Part shown: positions 1 through 9,834 of the stretch, one piece after another
Layout of the letters: each line of letters opens with the position of its first letter
Position numbering within the stretch: the stretch's first letter is position 1
From: Blastocladiella emersonii ATCC 22665
Lineage: Eukaryota; Fungi; Blastocladiomycota
Direction of reading: 5' to 3'
Assembly (NCBI GenBank): GCA_025594325.1
Contig: JANHCV010000010.1
Span: forward strand, 992,001 to 1,056,000
DNA: 64,000 nt
Position numbers and translations under genes: made by a program
Notes under the pieces: generated by a model
The model's database searches: none
Seen by the model: the letters and a program-made list of their open reading frames with translations, nothing else
Told to the model about the DNA's origin: nothing

Positions 1-237
1 TACCCGGCGATCCTCGCGTGCATCGAGAGCGCCGCGCTGGCCGCGGCGACGTGGGACGGCACGGCGTCGACCGCCGTCGTGTGCCACGTCGCGCACCAAG
101 TCCGCGGCGCCGTCAAGGGCGCGATTTGGTACGCCAAGCGCGTCGCGGCCGACGACCCGCGTCTGATCGTGAGCTGCCGCGCCCTCGAGGCGGCCGAGCG
201 GAGTTTCTGGCACATGGCCAACATGGCGCTCATGTAG
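1..237 (+). CDS. 3' end of an unidentified gene running in from the left edge
   Basis: Frame 1 is open from base 1 to TAG at 235-237 (YPAILACIES...LEAAERSFWHMANMALM) with GC3-rich codons. The product is not recognisable; the resemblance to a TenA-like C-terminus is faint. Confidence 0.55.
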   Translation, partial: YPAILACIESAALAAATWDGTASTAVVCHVAHQVRGAVKGAIWYAKRVAADDPRLIVSCRALEAAERSFWHMANMALM

Positions 238-398
238 CCGACGTTGACGGCGACGCGGCCGCGGCGCGATCGGCGCGCGTCGCGTTGCGGCGAACACCCG
301 GCCTGTACATTCTTTCTCGGCCGTTCTGTACATTCTTTATTTATGTCGTGCAACTGTACATCCCATCCTTGCTTCTCCTCACGCCTCCGAGTCGTCTA

Positions 399-2777
399 CT
401 ACTGAGTGCGGCAGTCGCCCGCCGACCCCTGCCCCGCCGCGGGCTCGAGCGGGAGACTCGCCTTGAGGTCAACGCCGCCCTTGGGCAGGATCACCACCTT
501 GCTGGGCGCGCGCGGGAGCGTGCGCGGCCGGGCCGGCGTCGGCGCGGGCGTGCTGCGGTGGTGGTGCGGCGCGTGCGCGTTGCTGCCCGCAGCAGCAGCC
601 AGCGGATTGTCAGGCTCCCACGACCCGGGCGTCGTCTCGCCGGGCTCCATGAACCGGCCCGCGGCAGCCTGCGCGTCGAGCCGGATGACGTGCGGCGTCG
701 CGGCGCGCTTCTTGCTGCCGCCGTTGTTGCGCGCAGCGGGCACCGGCGATGTGATGGCCGTCAGGACCGGCGACGAGGAACGCTGGATCGGCGGTGTCGG
801 CGACGACACGTAGTGGTGCGGGTGCGCGTGCGGGTGCGTATGGTGGCGCGACTGCGGGAGCGGGGTCCACTCGGACGCGGCGGAGGCGGGGGCGGGGGCA
901 CTAGTGCTGATCCCGGCGGCCGCGGCGGCGGCGGCGGCGGCAGCGTGCATGGACCCGGCGCGCGAGGGCGTGGCGGCGGCGCGCGACGCGGGCTTCGGGC
1001 AGTCGCAGTTGGCCTCGAGCTCATCGATGCGGAACCGCAGGCGCGTGATGGTGGTGTTGAGGCGTGCGAGCGCCGTGTCGCGCTGGTACACCTCGTCCTC
1101 GACGGCGCGCAGCTTCCACACCTCGTGCTGCCGCATCATCACCGACGTCTGCATCTTCTTCTTGGCCTGACGCAGGTCCGTCTCGAGCTGCTCGACGCGC
1201 ATCGTCAGGTACCGCACCTTGTGCTCGGTGACGGCCGAGTCCGCGGCCGAGGCATTGTTGGCGCTGCTTCCGCCGTCCACGTCCATGGCGGTGCCCGGGC
1301 TCGCCGCCGCCGTGGCGGTGCGCTGCATGTTCTCGAGCTCGTCGACGCGGAACGCGAGCTCGCGGTTCTCGGACTGCAGTGCGGCGAGCTGCGACTCGAG
1401 GCGCTTGATGTGATCCGTGTGGGCGCGGTCGCTCGAGAGCTGGGTGAGGCGGTACACCTGGCGGCGCAGGCGCTCCGACTCGGCGATCTGGCGGTGCAGC
1501 GTGCGCTCGTGCTCGCGCGCGAGCCGCGCGTTGCGCTCCTCAATGGACCGGCGCTGGTCGTCGACCTCGGACAGCAGCGTCTTGCGGTTGGCCGGGTCGT
1601 CGACGGCGTCGGCCTCGCCGTCCACGTTCTCGTGCAGGGCGCGCTGCAGCGAGCGGATCTGCTCGCGCGCGTCCTCGAGCTGCCCCGTCAGCGTGTCGAC
1701 CTGCAGCTGCGTCTCCTGGTGCTCGGTGCGCAGCGTCGTCAGCTCGTCCACCTGCGACTCGAGCACCTCGACGCGCTCCTCGAGCAGCTCCGCCTCGGCG
1801 TTGCGCGCGCGCGCCGCAGCCACCGCGTCGTCGTACTGCTGCGCCAGCTCGTGCAGCGCGGCCTCGAGCTCGGCGTTCCGGTCCGCGTACTCGCCCACGA
1901 CGTCGGCCGACGCCGACAGCTCGTTGCGGTTGCGCACCAGCGCAAGCTTGTCCTCGGCGAGCCGCTGCTTCTCGGCCTCGAGCTCGGCCACGCGCGCCTT
2001 GAACACCTCGACCTCGGCCTCGCGGCGGCCCAGCCGGTCGCGCGCGTCCGCCAGCTGCCGCACCAGCGTGCGGTCGTCGCGGTCGGTGCGGTCCGCCAAG
2101 TCGTCGTGCCGGCGCCGCCACTCGGCAAGCTGCGTCTCGGCGTCGGCCAGCTGGTCGCGCAGCACGTCCATTTCGGCGGCTAGGTGCCGGTTCTGCAGCC
2201 GCAGGAACCCCGCATCCTCGCCCGCCGCGGCCGGGTCCGTCGACGACGACACGTCCATGGCGTCGTCCATGAGCGGCGGCGGCATCTCGTCAATGAAGGA
2301 CGGCGCCACGCTCGACCGCCGCGACTGGACGTGCGATACCGACGAGCCCGGCGGCGGCGGCGGCTGCTCGAGCGCATCCGCCAGACGCCGGTTCTCGCCG
2401 ACCAGCCGCTCGTTCTCGCGCAGCAGCTCCTCGTTGCTGCGCAGCAGGCTCTGCCCAATGGTCCCGGCCTGCTGGAGCTCTATTCGTGGGTGCGATCCAC
2501 GTTAGCGCCACGATCAGGAATGCACAGATGTGATGGCGGCGGGACACGCACTGTACGTCTGCTCGTACAGCTGGCGCTTGAGGTCACGGACCAGGTGTCT
2601 TAGGTCCATGGCGTCGAGCCGGTTGACGCGCGGCGTGTCGTACGAAGAGTGCCCGGCAGCGCCCGGCGCGGGCGGCGCAGACAGCGGAACCGGCGCCGGC
2701 ATGGCGTCGGCCAGCGGCCGCATCGGCGTCGTCAGTGGCGAGGCGTGGTCCGTCGTCAGATCTTCGTCGCCGAGCAT
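399..2777 (-). CDS. SPDL1: Spindly-like coiled-coil dynein adaptor (2 exons)
   Basis: ATG at 2777 (MLGDEDLTT). An intron at about 2552-2480 (GTGCGT..CTAAC..TAG) joins LKRQLYEQTY to KLQQAGTIGQSLLRSNEEL, a CC1-box-like segment. Long coiled coil, a Spindly-box-like DPANRKTLLSEVDDQRR, and C-terminal CRTQ* (CaaX-like). Confidence 0.75.
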
Positions 2778-2995
2778 GGTGGTTGATACGTTGCGTTCTC
2801 TGGTGCAGGGTTGAGAGAGAGCGGGGGCACTCGAGCTGTGGGGGCGAGCGACGCCCAAACGCCACGCTCGAGCTGGCGAGGCCACGCCTCGTGACGCGCG
2901 CACTCGGTCGCGCTCGCTCGCCGTCCTCGTCGCCGTCGCCCCGTTCCCCCGCCTCGTTGACGGCGAGGCACCACCATCCCGTCCGCCGGGACACC

Positions 2996-5900
2996 ATGCA
3001 ACGCGCCTTCCACTCGAACCTGCGGCCCGTGGCCGGCGCTGGCCCGCCGCCGCCGTCGGGCGCGCCCGTGTCTCAGGCCGGCGCTGGCACCGCCGCCGGC
3101 GCGAAGCGCAAGCGGCCCGTCACCAAGAAGACGGACCTCCCCGCCACGCGCACCAACAGCTTCGCGTTCGACGCGGGGTCCAGCTCGTCTGCGTCCGCGC
3201 CGGCGGGCTGGCCGGCCCCCGGCGCCGCGGGACTCAGGGTGTCGAAGCCGGTCTCGGAGGAGGAGCTGCGCATCCGTATCGCGCGCGCCAACGCGACTGC
3301 CGCCGCTGGCAAGCGGCCGCGGTCGGCGGGACCTGCATCGGCCCGCGCGGCGAGTCCGGCCGACGCTGAGGGCAGCAGCAGCGGCAGCACCAGCGCGAAC
3401 GCCGCCCGGTTCAACCGGTTCACGAACGCGGCTGACGCACACGAGTACAGCATCGTACGTTTGCCTTGTTTGACTGCAGCGTGGAGGCCGTGTCTTACAC
3501 CCGCGCACATCCCTCCCTCCAGCTCAAGGAGATCCGCGCCGAGTACGACAAGAAAGAGTCGGCCGTCGAGAACAAGCGCTCGCTCGCCGACGACTTTATC
3601 GCCGGCACCTGCTCGACCATGTGCTCGCGCTTCGACTTTCTGCGCCGCATCGACCACGGCGAGATTGACCCGCTCGAGCTCGTACGTTGGCGCTCACGAC
3701 TCGCCGCTGCTCAGCTCGCGCCGCCTGTATGCTCACACCACCCACCTCGTCCGCGCGCTGCAAGACCAACGGCCAGCCCGACTACGCCAAGGCCGTCATG
3801 AAGTACTACCGGTCCTCGGCCGGCGCCAACCAGCACCCCGACGATATCCGCACCGAGCCGGCGCTTCTGGTACGTTTTCGCGCACTAAGCGACGCAAACG
3901 AACCTGCGCTGACTTTGCGCGGCGCGTAGGAAACCATCAACTACCTCCTCGGGCTCATTGAGCAGCACGGCTTCGACAACGCGTACCGCTTCGTGCAGGA
4001 CCGCGTCCGCGCCCTGCGCAAGGACGTGACCACGCAGCGGCTCATCTCGGCGGGCGCCGCGACCGTGTACGAGCAGATCGTGCGGTTTCACCTCGTGTCG
4101 TTCCTCCTGTACCCGGCAAGCATGGACTGGGTCCAGGACGTGCAGCAGCTCAACGCGGCGCTGACCCACCTGCTCCACCTGTACGACGCGGGCGCGCCGT
4201 CCGAGCACGAGTTCGAGTTCCGGTGCTACGAGGCCCTCGTCTACTCCCACGAGCCGCACCGCCGCGACGCCCTGTTCCGCGTCCACGCCGCGCGCGCCGA
4301 CGCCGCCAACCGGCACCCGCAGCTCTGGGCCACGGTCCGCCGCCTCGCCCCGCTCATAGGCCTCAGCAGCCCGCTCCCCGCTGCGCACTATATCCCGCAC
4401 GACCTCGCCCGCGTCGTCCGCCTCATGCGCACCGGCCCGCTCGGCCTCGCCGCCGCCGCCGCTATCCACCTCGACCGCGTCCGCCGCGATATCCTGCACG
4501 CGCTCGTCATGTCGGGCAAGACGGCGAGGCCCAAGAAGCCCGCGCCCGGCGCTCCCGCTTCCGCCACCGGCCCGCGCGACGTGAACCTGCTGTCGACCAG
4601 CACGCTCGCGGAACTCACGCGCATGCTCCACTTCGCGTCCGAGGAACAGTGCCGCACCTTCCTCGGCGTGTTCGGCGTCGACGAGTCGGCCGACCGCGCC
4701 GGCCGCCTCATCGTCAACCTCGACTGCAAGGACAACTGGCGCAACGAGGCCATTGCCACCACGAAACCCGCGACCACCAAGTTCCGCCCGCAGTTCATGG
4801 ACAAGCGCGTCCACGCTTCCGCCGGGTTCAGTGTCGCCCACTTTGTCCGGACCGGCCAGGACTCGAGCACCGGCGTCGCGGGCTTCCCGAGCGCGCCACC
4901 TGCCGGTCCTACGGCCGGGTGGAGCCAGTCGTTTGCTCCTCACGCGGCCTCGGCCGCGGCGGCGGCGCCCGTGTTTCCGCCAGCAGCACCGGCTCCCGCG
5001 CCTCCTGCACCCGTCTCGGCGCCTGCAGCAGCATCGACGTTCCCCGGGTTCCCCGGGTTCCCTCCAGCGCCGGCCGCTTCGGTTCCCGCGCCCGCGTTCG
5101 CGGCTCCAGCAGCAGCAGCATCAACCCCGCCGACGACAAGTTTCTTCAACTTCCCCGTGCCAGGGTCGACTGCCGCGACGGCGACGCCCGCCACCACGGC
5201 CGCGCCCGGCGCGCTCCCCGCTGCGCCGAGCATCACCCCGTCGCCGTTTGCCCTCATCAACACGGTCACACCCGCCGCGACTCCGGTCCTGGGGTTTGCA
5301 CAGCCGTTCGGCGGGGCCGCGCAGCAGCAGCCGGCGGCAGCGGCGCCCGGCACCTTCTTCGGTTTCGGGAACCTCGGTGCTCCAGCTCCAGCGCAACCGC
5401 CAGCATCGGCAGCGCCCGTCACACCCGCGTCGACGGCCGAGAGACCAGCAGCGGCCGCGCCAGCAGCGACCTCCGTGTTCAAGTTCGCGTTCACGACCGC
5501 TGCCGCCACCGCTCCCGCAGTCGAGACCCCGCCAGTGGCCGCCTCCGCGGTCCCCGACATGGCGGCGTCGACGGGCAAAAAGTCGGTCTCGTTCGCGTCG
5601 TCCCCGGTCGTCTTCACGCTGCCCGCGCCGCCGTCCGCGACTGCGTCCCCGTCGCCGACGAACGAGACGCCCGCCGCCAACGGATTCTCGCCCGCGCCGC
5701 CACCGGCCCTGTCGCCTGCAGCGCCCACGCAAAAGGCGCCGCCACTCGGCCTCGGGTTCGCGCCCCCGCCCGCGAAACCGCGCGTGCCCGGCGTCGAGAT
5801 CTCGATCCAGACCGAGCCCGTCTCGTTCACCGACGACGCTTCGGACGACGAGGCCGAGCTCGCTCCTGCACCCGTACCCCGTGTGCGGTCATCTTCTCCG

Positions 5901-6848
5901 CCCCCGCGTGAGCCCGAGACGATCGCGCTCGCCGACCTCGTCCGCGCCGCCGCGCTGCGCCGGTCCACGTCGCTGCCGTCGGACCCGCCCGCGAGCCAGC
6001 CGAAACGCCGCCGGCTCCTCGCCGCGTCGATGCGGTCCGTGTCCCCGCCGCCTGACCCCGCGCGCCTCGCGCTCGCCAAGGAGTTTGCCGCGCGCATCGC
6101 GAAACGCGCCGCCCTCGCCGCGTGGCGCGCGGCCGCCCGCAAGCACAAGTGGGACCGCGCGCTGACCCTGCCTGTCCCACTCGAGACGGTGCTGTCGGCG
6201 TCGTCGGACGTGGACCTTGACCCGGCCGCCCTCTACCGCGCGCCATCCCTGTCCGCCGCCGTCACGCGCGCGTGGCTCCCCGCGTGGCACGAGGTCGCAA
6301 AGGTCCTCGCGCGGTTGCAGGCCGTGTCCCGCGCCGCGTACGCGCCGTGGGCGGTGATTGCGGCGGCGAATCACGCGGTGCAGTGTCTCCGCGACTGGTG
6401 CGCCGTGGGCGCGCGGCTCACGGGGCGCAAGGCGACGACGGCGATCCCGGCCATCACGTCGCGCGACGCCGTCCCGCGGACCCCGCACGCGCGGCCGATC
6501 GTGATCCGCATGCTCAAGGACGCGGTCACCGAGTACGCCAAGCCGATGCACCACGACGTCCAGGCCGCCGTCGAGCGCGTCCCCGTGTACAACCTCACGG
6601 TCCCGTTCCACGACATCTTGCTGCCCGTGCTCGACGCGGCGATGCGGGCGCAGATCCAGGGCGGCAACGGCGAGGGCGAGGAGAGCTTGGTCGTCGTGAC
6701 GGGCGCCGAGCTACTCCGCCTGCGCCGCAAGATCCGCGAGCACACGCGCGAGTACCTCGAGTTCGTGAATGCGAGCGGCGACGTGGTCCGCGGGTACATT
6801 GCGGACGCGAGCAAGGCGGAGGCGGAGGCGGAGGGGGAAGCGAGTTGA
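2996..6848 (+). CDS. SAC3: SAC3/GANP family mRNA export factor (TREX-2 scaffold), 4 exons
   Basis: Introns at 3455-3522, 3682-3764 and 3870-3929 join FIAGTCSTMC...IDPLEL, AVMKYYRSSAG...DIRTEPALL and ETINYLL...FVQDRVRALRKDVTTQ...YEQIVRFHL, all characteristic Sac3 motifs. The last exon is in frame with ORF 3993-6848. Confidence 0.9.
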
Positions 6849-6986
6849 GGATATGACACGGAATACAAGTAGCAGTGAATGGTATTGAACATGACTCCTA
6901 GGTGTGGCGCCAGATCAGATCAACCTGTGGCGCGTCGCGCGACGCGTTCCGTCACGCGTCTTCGAGCGGGTCAACGAAAATATTTC

Positions 6987-7610
6987 GCTCCAGTGTTGCA
7001 TTGAGTTGATCTTCATCTCGTACGCATCGGGCACGCACTCGCAACCACCACCACCCGACCCGCGATGCAGCCAGCCGCCGACCTCCCCGTTGTCGCCACC
7101 GCCGCCGCCGCCTTCCTTCCTTCCTTGACGAGCCGGACTCCACACCTCATCTCATCCGAAGTGGAAGACACTGCTTCTGGCTGGCTGGCTGGCTGCCTCG
7201 CGGGCCCGACCTCGACCTCGACCTCCACCGCCCAGTCTTACGTGGAAGACACTGACCTTCTTTCGCCGGACTTGTGTGTGCCCGTAGAACATGCGTCTCA
7301 AGTGGAAGAAGAAGCGCACCCGCCGCCTCAAGCGCAAGCGCAGAAAGATGCGCGCGCGCTCCAAGTAAGCGCACTTCCCCGTAGTCCAACGGGCCCCGGC
7401 CGACCGCCTGGCGCTCCTTGGGTCGCTCGCTCGCTCGCCCTCCCGAGCGCGCGCACCCGCCGTTTTTTCAGCCCCTCCTCGACGCCTCGTTTCCCTCCTG
7501 CACGCTACTCGCCCCCGCCCCCGCCTGCGCACCTCGCTCCTCGCGCGCGGCCGCGCGGCGCGGTAGCGTGCAGCGAGGCCAGCACGCCGCGTGTCGCGCA
7601 CCCTCGCCCC
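6987..7610 (+). repeat. Left arm of a ~620-bp near-identical inverted repeat (partner 12372-12995)
   Basis: Position x pairs with 19982-x. The ORF-track translations of 7065-7628(+) and 11967-12917(-) are identical over the shared span except one V/A. The mismatches I could see lie at the edges. Confidence 0.97.
7291..7368 (+). CDS. RPL41: Ribosomal protein eL41 (RPL41), copy 1
   Basis: MRLKWKKKRTRRLKRKRRKMRARSK* (25 aa), the canonical L41 pattern. Preceded by a predicted 5'-UTR intron at 7020-7287 (GTACGC..CTGAC..TAG). Confidence 0.97.
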   Translation: MRLKWKKKRTRRLKRKRRKMRARSK

Positions 7611-7666
7611 AGCACAAACTATAAGTAGATAACCAAGACATTTCCGATGATGAGGGGCGGAATAAC

Positions 7667-9008
7667 CTACTCCGCCTTGAGCCCGTAGTGGTCCCACCAC
7701 CACTCGAGTCGCTTCGCGACCGCCGCTTCATCCTCTTCGTCTGCATCGACATCCCCCCAGGTCGAGGGAGGGACAAAATCGTCCTCTCTCAAGTGGTCAA
7801 GGTACCAGTCAAGAGCAGCGATGTTGTTCTGGGCGCTCGCATGTCTGACAGCCGCTTCCCAAAACGTGGACTCTGGGAAACGTTTCTCGAGATAATCGGG
7901 TTCTGCGTCGTGTTCCCGATCTTGGTCGGAAAAGCCGTCGTCGCCTGGACGAGCACTGTTGCCCGTCGCTGGCGAAGTCTTTGACATGGTTTCCAAGAAC
8001 CAAGCAAGCACGTTGGCGTCGTTGATGAAAATCGCCTTCTCCATCGCGCAGACCCAGAAATCGCGTTTGTCAACGCTAAGTTGGTAGAGAATATCCTCCC
8101 GGAAACGAGAGTTGTAGTCAACACCAAGAAAGCCGCCCCGCCCGTACAGGTCGCTGTCGGTCACATTTTCGAACGTCCACTGCAAAACATGAATGTGCTT
8201 GCGGCGAATTGCGCCTGCAACGAGGTCGTACCAACGCATGTCGGCCTTGAAGGAGTGATAATCGTATTAACCAGGTCGAGGACCTTGAGGCTGCCCGCTT
8301 CCAGCGCAAGCTTCGGAAGTTCGGGCCCGTACTCCAGGGACAAATCGCACTCAACGTCGAGAAGCCAACGCAGCGTGTCGATGTCGTCACGCTCAATTGT
8401 GTGTTTGAGGGCAAGAAATGAAACCTTGACCTCAAGTCCAGCGTGTTCCCACCAATGCACGACCAGCGTGTTCCCACCAATGCACGACCAGCGTGTTCCC
8501 ACCAATGCACGACCTCGGAATGCCCGCCACGGATCGCCTCGTCGACGGCGTGCTCCGTGTAGCTGTTTCGCGTAATGTGCCCATTGTCGTTGAGCCAGTC
8601 GAGCGCAGGAACGAGGCCGTGCGCGGAAACAATGTCAACGAGAAGCAGACGATGCGCGTGATGCTTCTCGCCAATCAAGTCACCCAGCAACTCCATATGC
8701 CCAGCGGCACAAAGCAAGCAAGCATAGAGCTCGGCTTCAGTGGGGTTAGTTGTAGGGCGACGATGCTCGAGCAAAATCTGGCGCAACGCCACGCGCTCTG
8801 GCTCGAGAGCGCGCCAGATGCGAGGGTGAAGCGAGTGGCGGAGGACGACCTTGCGCAGCCGGCGAAGGCCGGGTAGAACGCCCAGCAGAGTGAGCGGGTC
8901 CACGCCGCGACGGTCTTGGAGGGCGACTCGGACAAGGACCTCCTCGATGATTTCATGGGGCAAGGTTGGCATGTTGCGCTGCATTTGCGATAAGTTATGA
9001 CGTGACAT
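7667..9008 (-). pseudogene. Frameshifted F-box-like/ankyrin-like family member (homolog of 44581 and 47152)
   Basis: Three consecutive frames (8118-9089, 8161-8505, 7667-8239) each match successive parts of the intact paralogs (LPHEIIEEVL; ELPKLALEAGSLKVLD; ASAQNNIAALDWYLDHLREDDFV). The C-terminus is truncated. Confidence 0.85.
8438..8514 (+). repeat. 25-bp perfect tandem repeat x3 (ccagcgtgttcccaccaatgcacga)
   Basis: Units at 8438, 8463 and 8488 with no spacers. The extra 50 bp accounts exactly for one frameshift of the pseudogene. Confidence 0.97.
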
Positions 9009-9149
9009 TCGCTTCGTGCTACGGCTTGGCAGGGAGCCGAGCTGCGCTGGCCGCACTCGAGACGCTCGAGACGAGCTGTCTCTCTTCATTACAACTGATC
9101 ACATGATAGTTCGGCGCGTCTCCATCTCCCCTCCTCAAGCCTCCTTCAA

Positions 9150-9654
9150 TGAACGACGGACAGTTCGCATGCACCACTCGCAAGCCTACCTGGGCAACCG
9201 AGAATGCTCGTTCAATCTGATGCACAAGGAAAACTACCAAGTCAAAGGCAAGCCGCTGGTCGCAACCAATGTTCGCGTCAGTTCGGGTTCCGCTGACCGT
9301 TGGTCGCTCCTTGCGCTTTGACGGTCGCTCCCTTTTTCGGCAGCCGAGACTCGTAGTCGACCTGCAACTGGGCTTCGTCGTGAGACTCGTCCGCTTCGGG
9401 CCGGGGTTCGGCCGTTTGCTCAGACGGGATCGTGAGCGAGTGTGCCGTGACGAGCTCGAACTGGAAAAAAGTCGCCGAACGCGAGGACATGCAGGCCGCC
9501 AAACGAACGATGGTCGCGGTTCGGGTACGGCGCGTCGAAACGCAAATAAAGAGTGATAGAAGAGCTCAGCACCGACCATGGAGATCGTGACAATGAGGAT
9601 GAAGCACACCTGACAGAAGGAGGCCTCAAGCTCGGCCTTCTGGGATAACTTCAT
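9150..9654 (-). pseudogene. Decayed Pif1-family (SF1B) helicase fragment, Helitron-like or Pif1-like
   Basis: Across frameshifts it reads VCFILIVTISMVGAELF (degenerate LIIDEISMV motif), FGGLHVLAFGDFF/QFELV (PFGG..GDFFQLPPV motif) and FDLVVFLVHQIER (F..VV.L..Q.R motif), in the correct order. Confidence 0.75.
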
Positions 9655-9834
9655 TCCCTGTTCTGTCCTGTTTCAAGCTCTGCGTCCGGGATTGTGATCG
9701 CGAGCACAGTTTTCAGGAGCGCTCACGGCTGTGGTCGTGTCCGGCGTGGCCACGAACGTGTCTCCCATCACGCGTGTATTTCGTCTCCAACTCCCTTGTC
9801 TTCGCTCAATGCAACTTCCAAAAATGCCGCTCTC

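Noticed and set aside
1-237. TenA/THI-4-like C-terminus
   Set aside because: Only a faint E..FW.MA resemblance; spacing does not fit well and the rest of the gene is outside the window.
18-2183. Long opposite-strand or alternate-frame ORFs (18-2183, 24043-27606, 38714-41365, 18509-20089, 59072-60664 and many others)
   Set aside because: They shadow real genes with very high GC3, which depletes stops in other frames. The translations are Arg/Ala/Val-rich with no recognisable motifs.
6898-6945. Possible Helitron 3' end (CTAG plus palindrome cgcgtcgcgcgacgcg)
   Set aside because: The hairpin is about 30 nt from the CTAG rather than about 10-12 nt, and the flanking base does not fit an A/T insertion site.
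7065-7628. 187-aa ORF duplicated at 11967-12917
   Set aside because: It is a read-through of the RPL41 intron, CDS (other frame) and UTR. The true CDS is the 78-nt RPL41.
8438-8514. CRISPR-like direct repeats
   Set aside because: Contiguous units without spacers, inside a eukaryotic coding sequence, and no cas genes.
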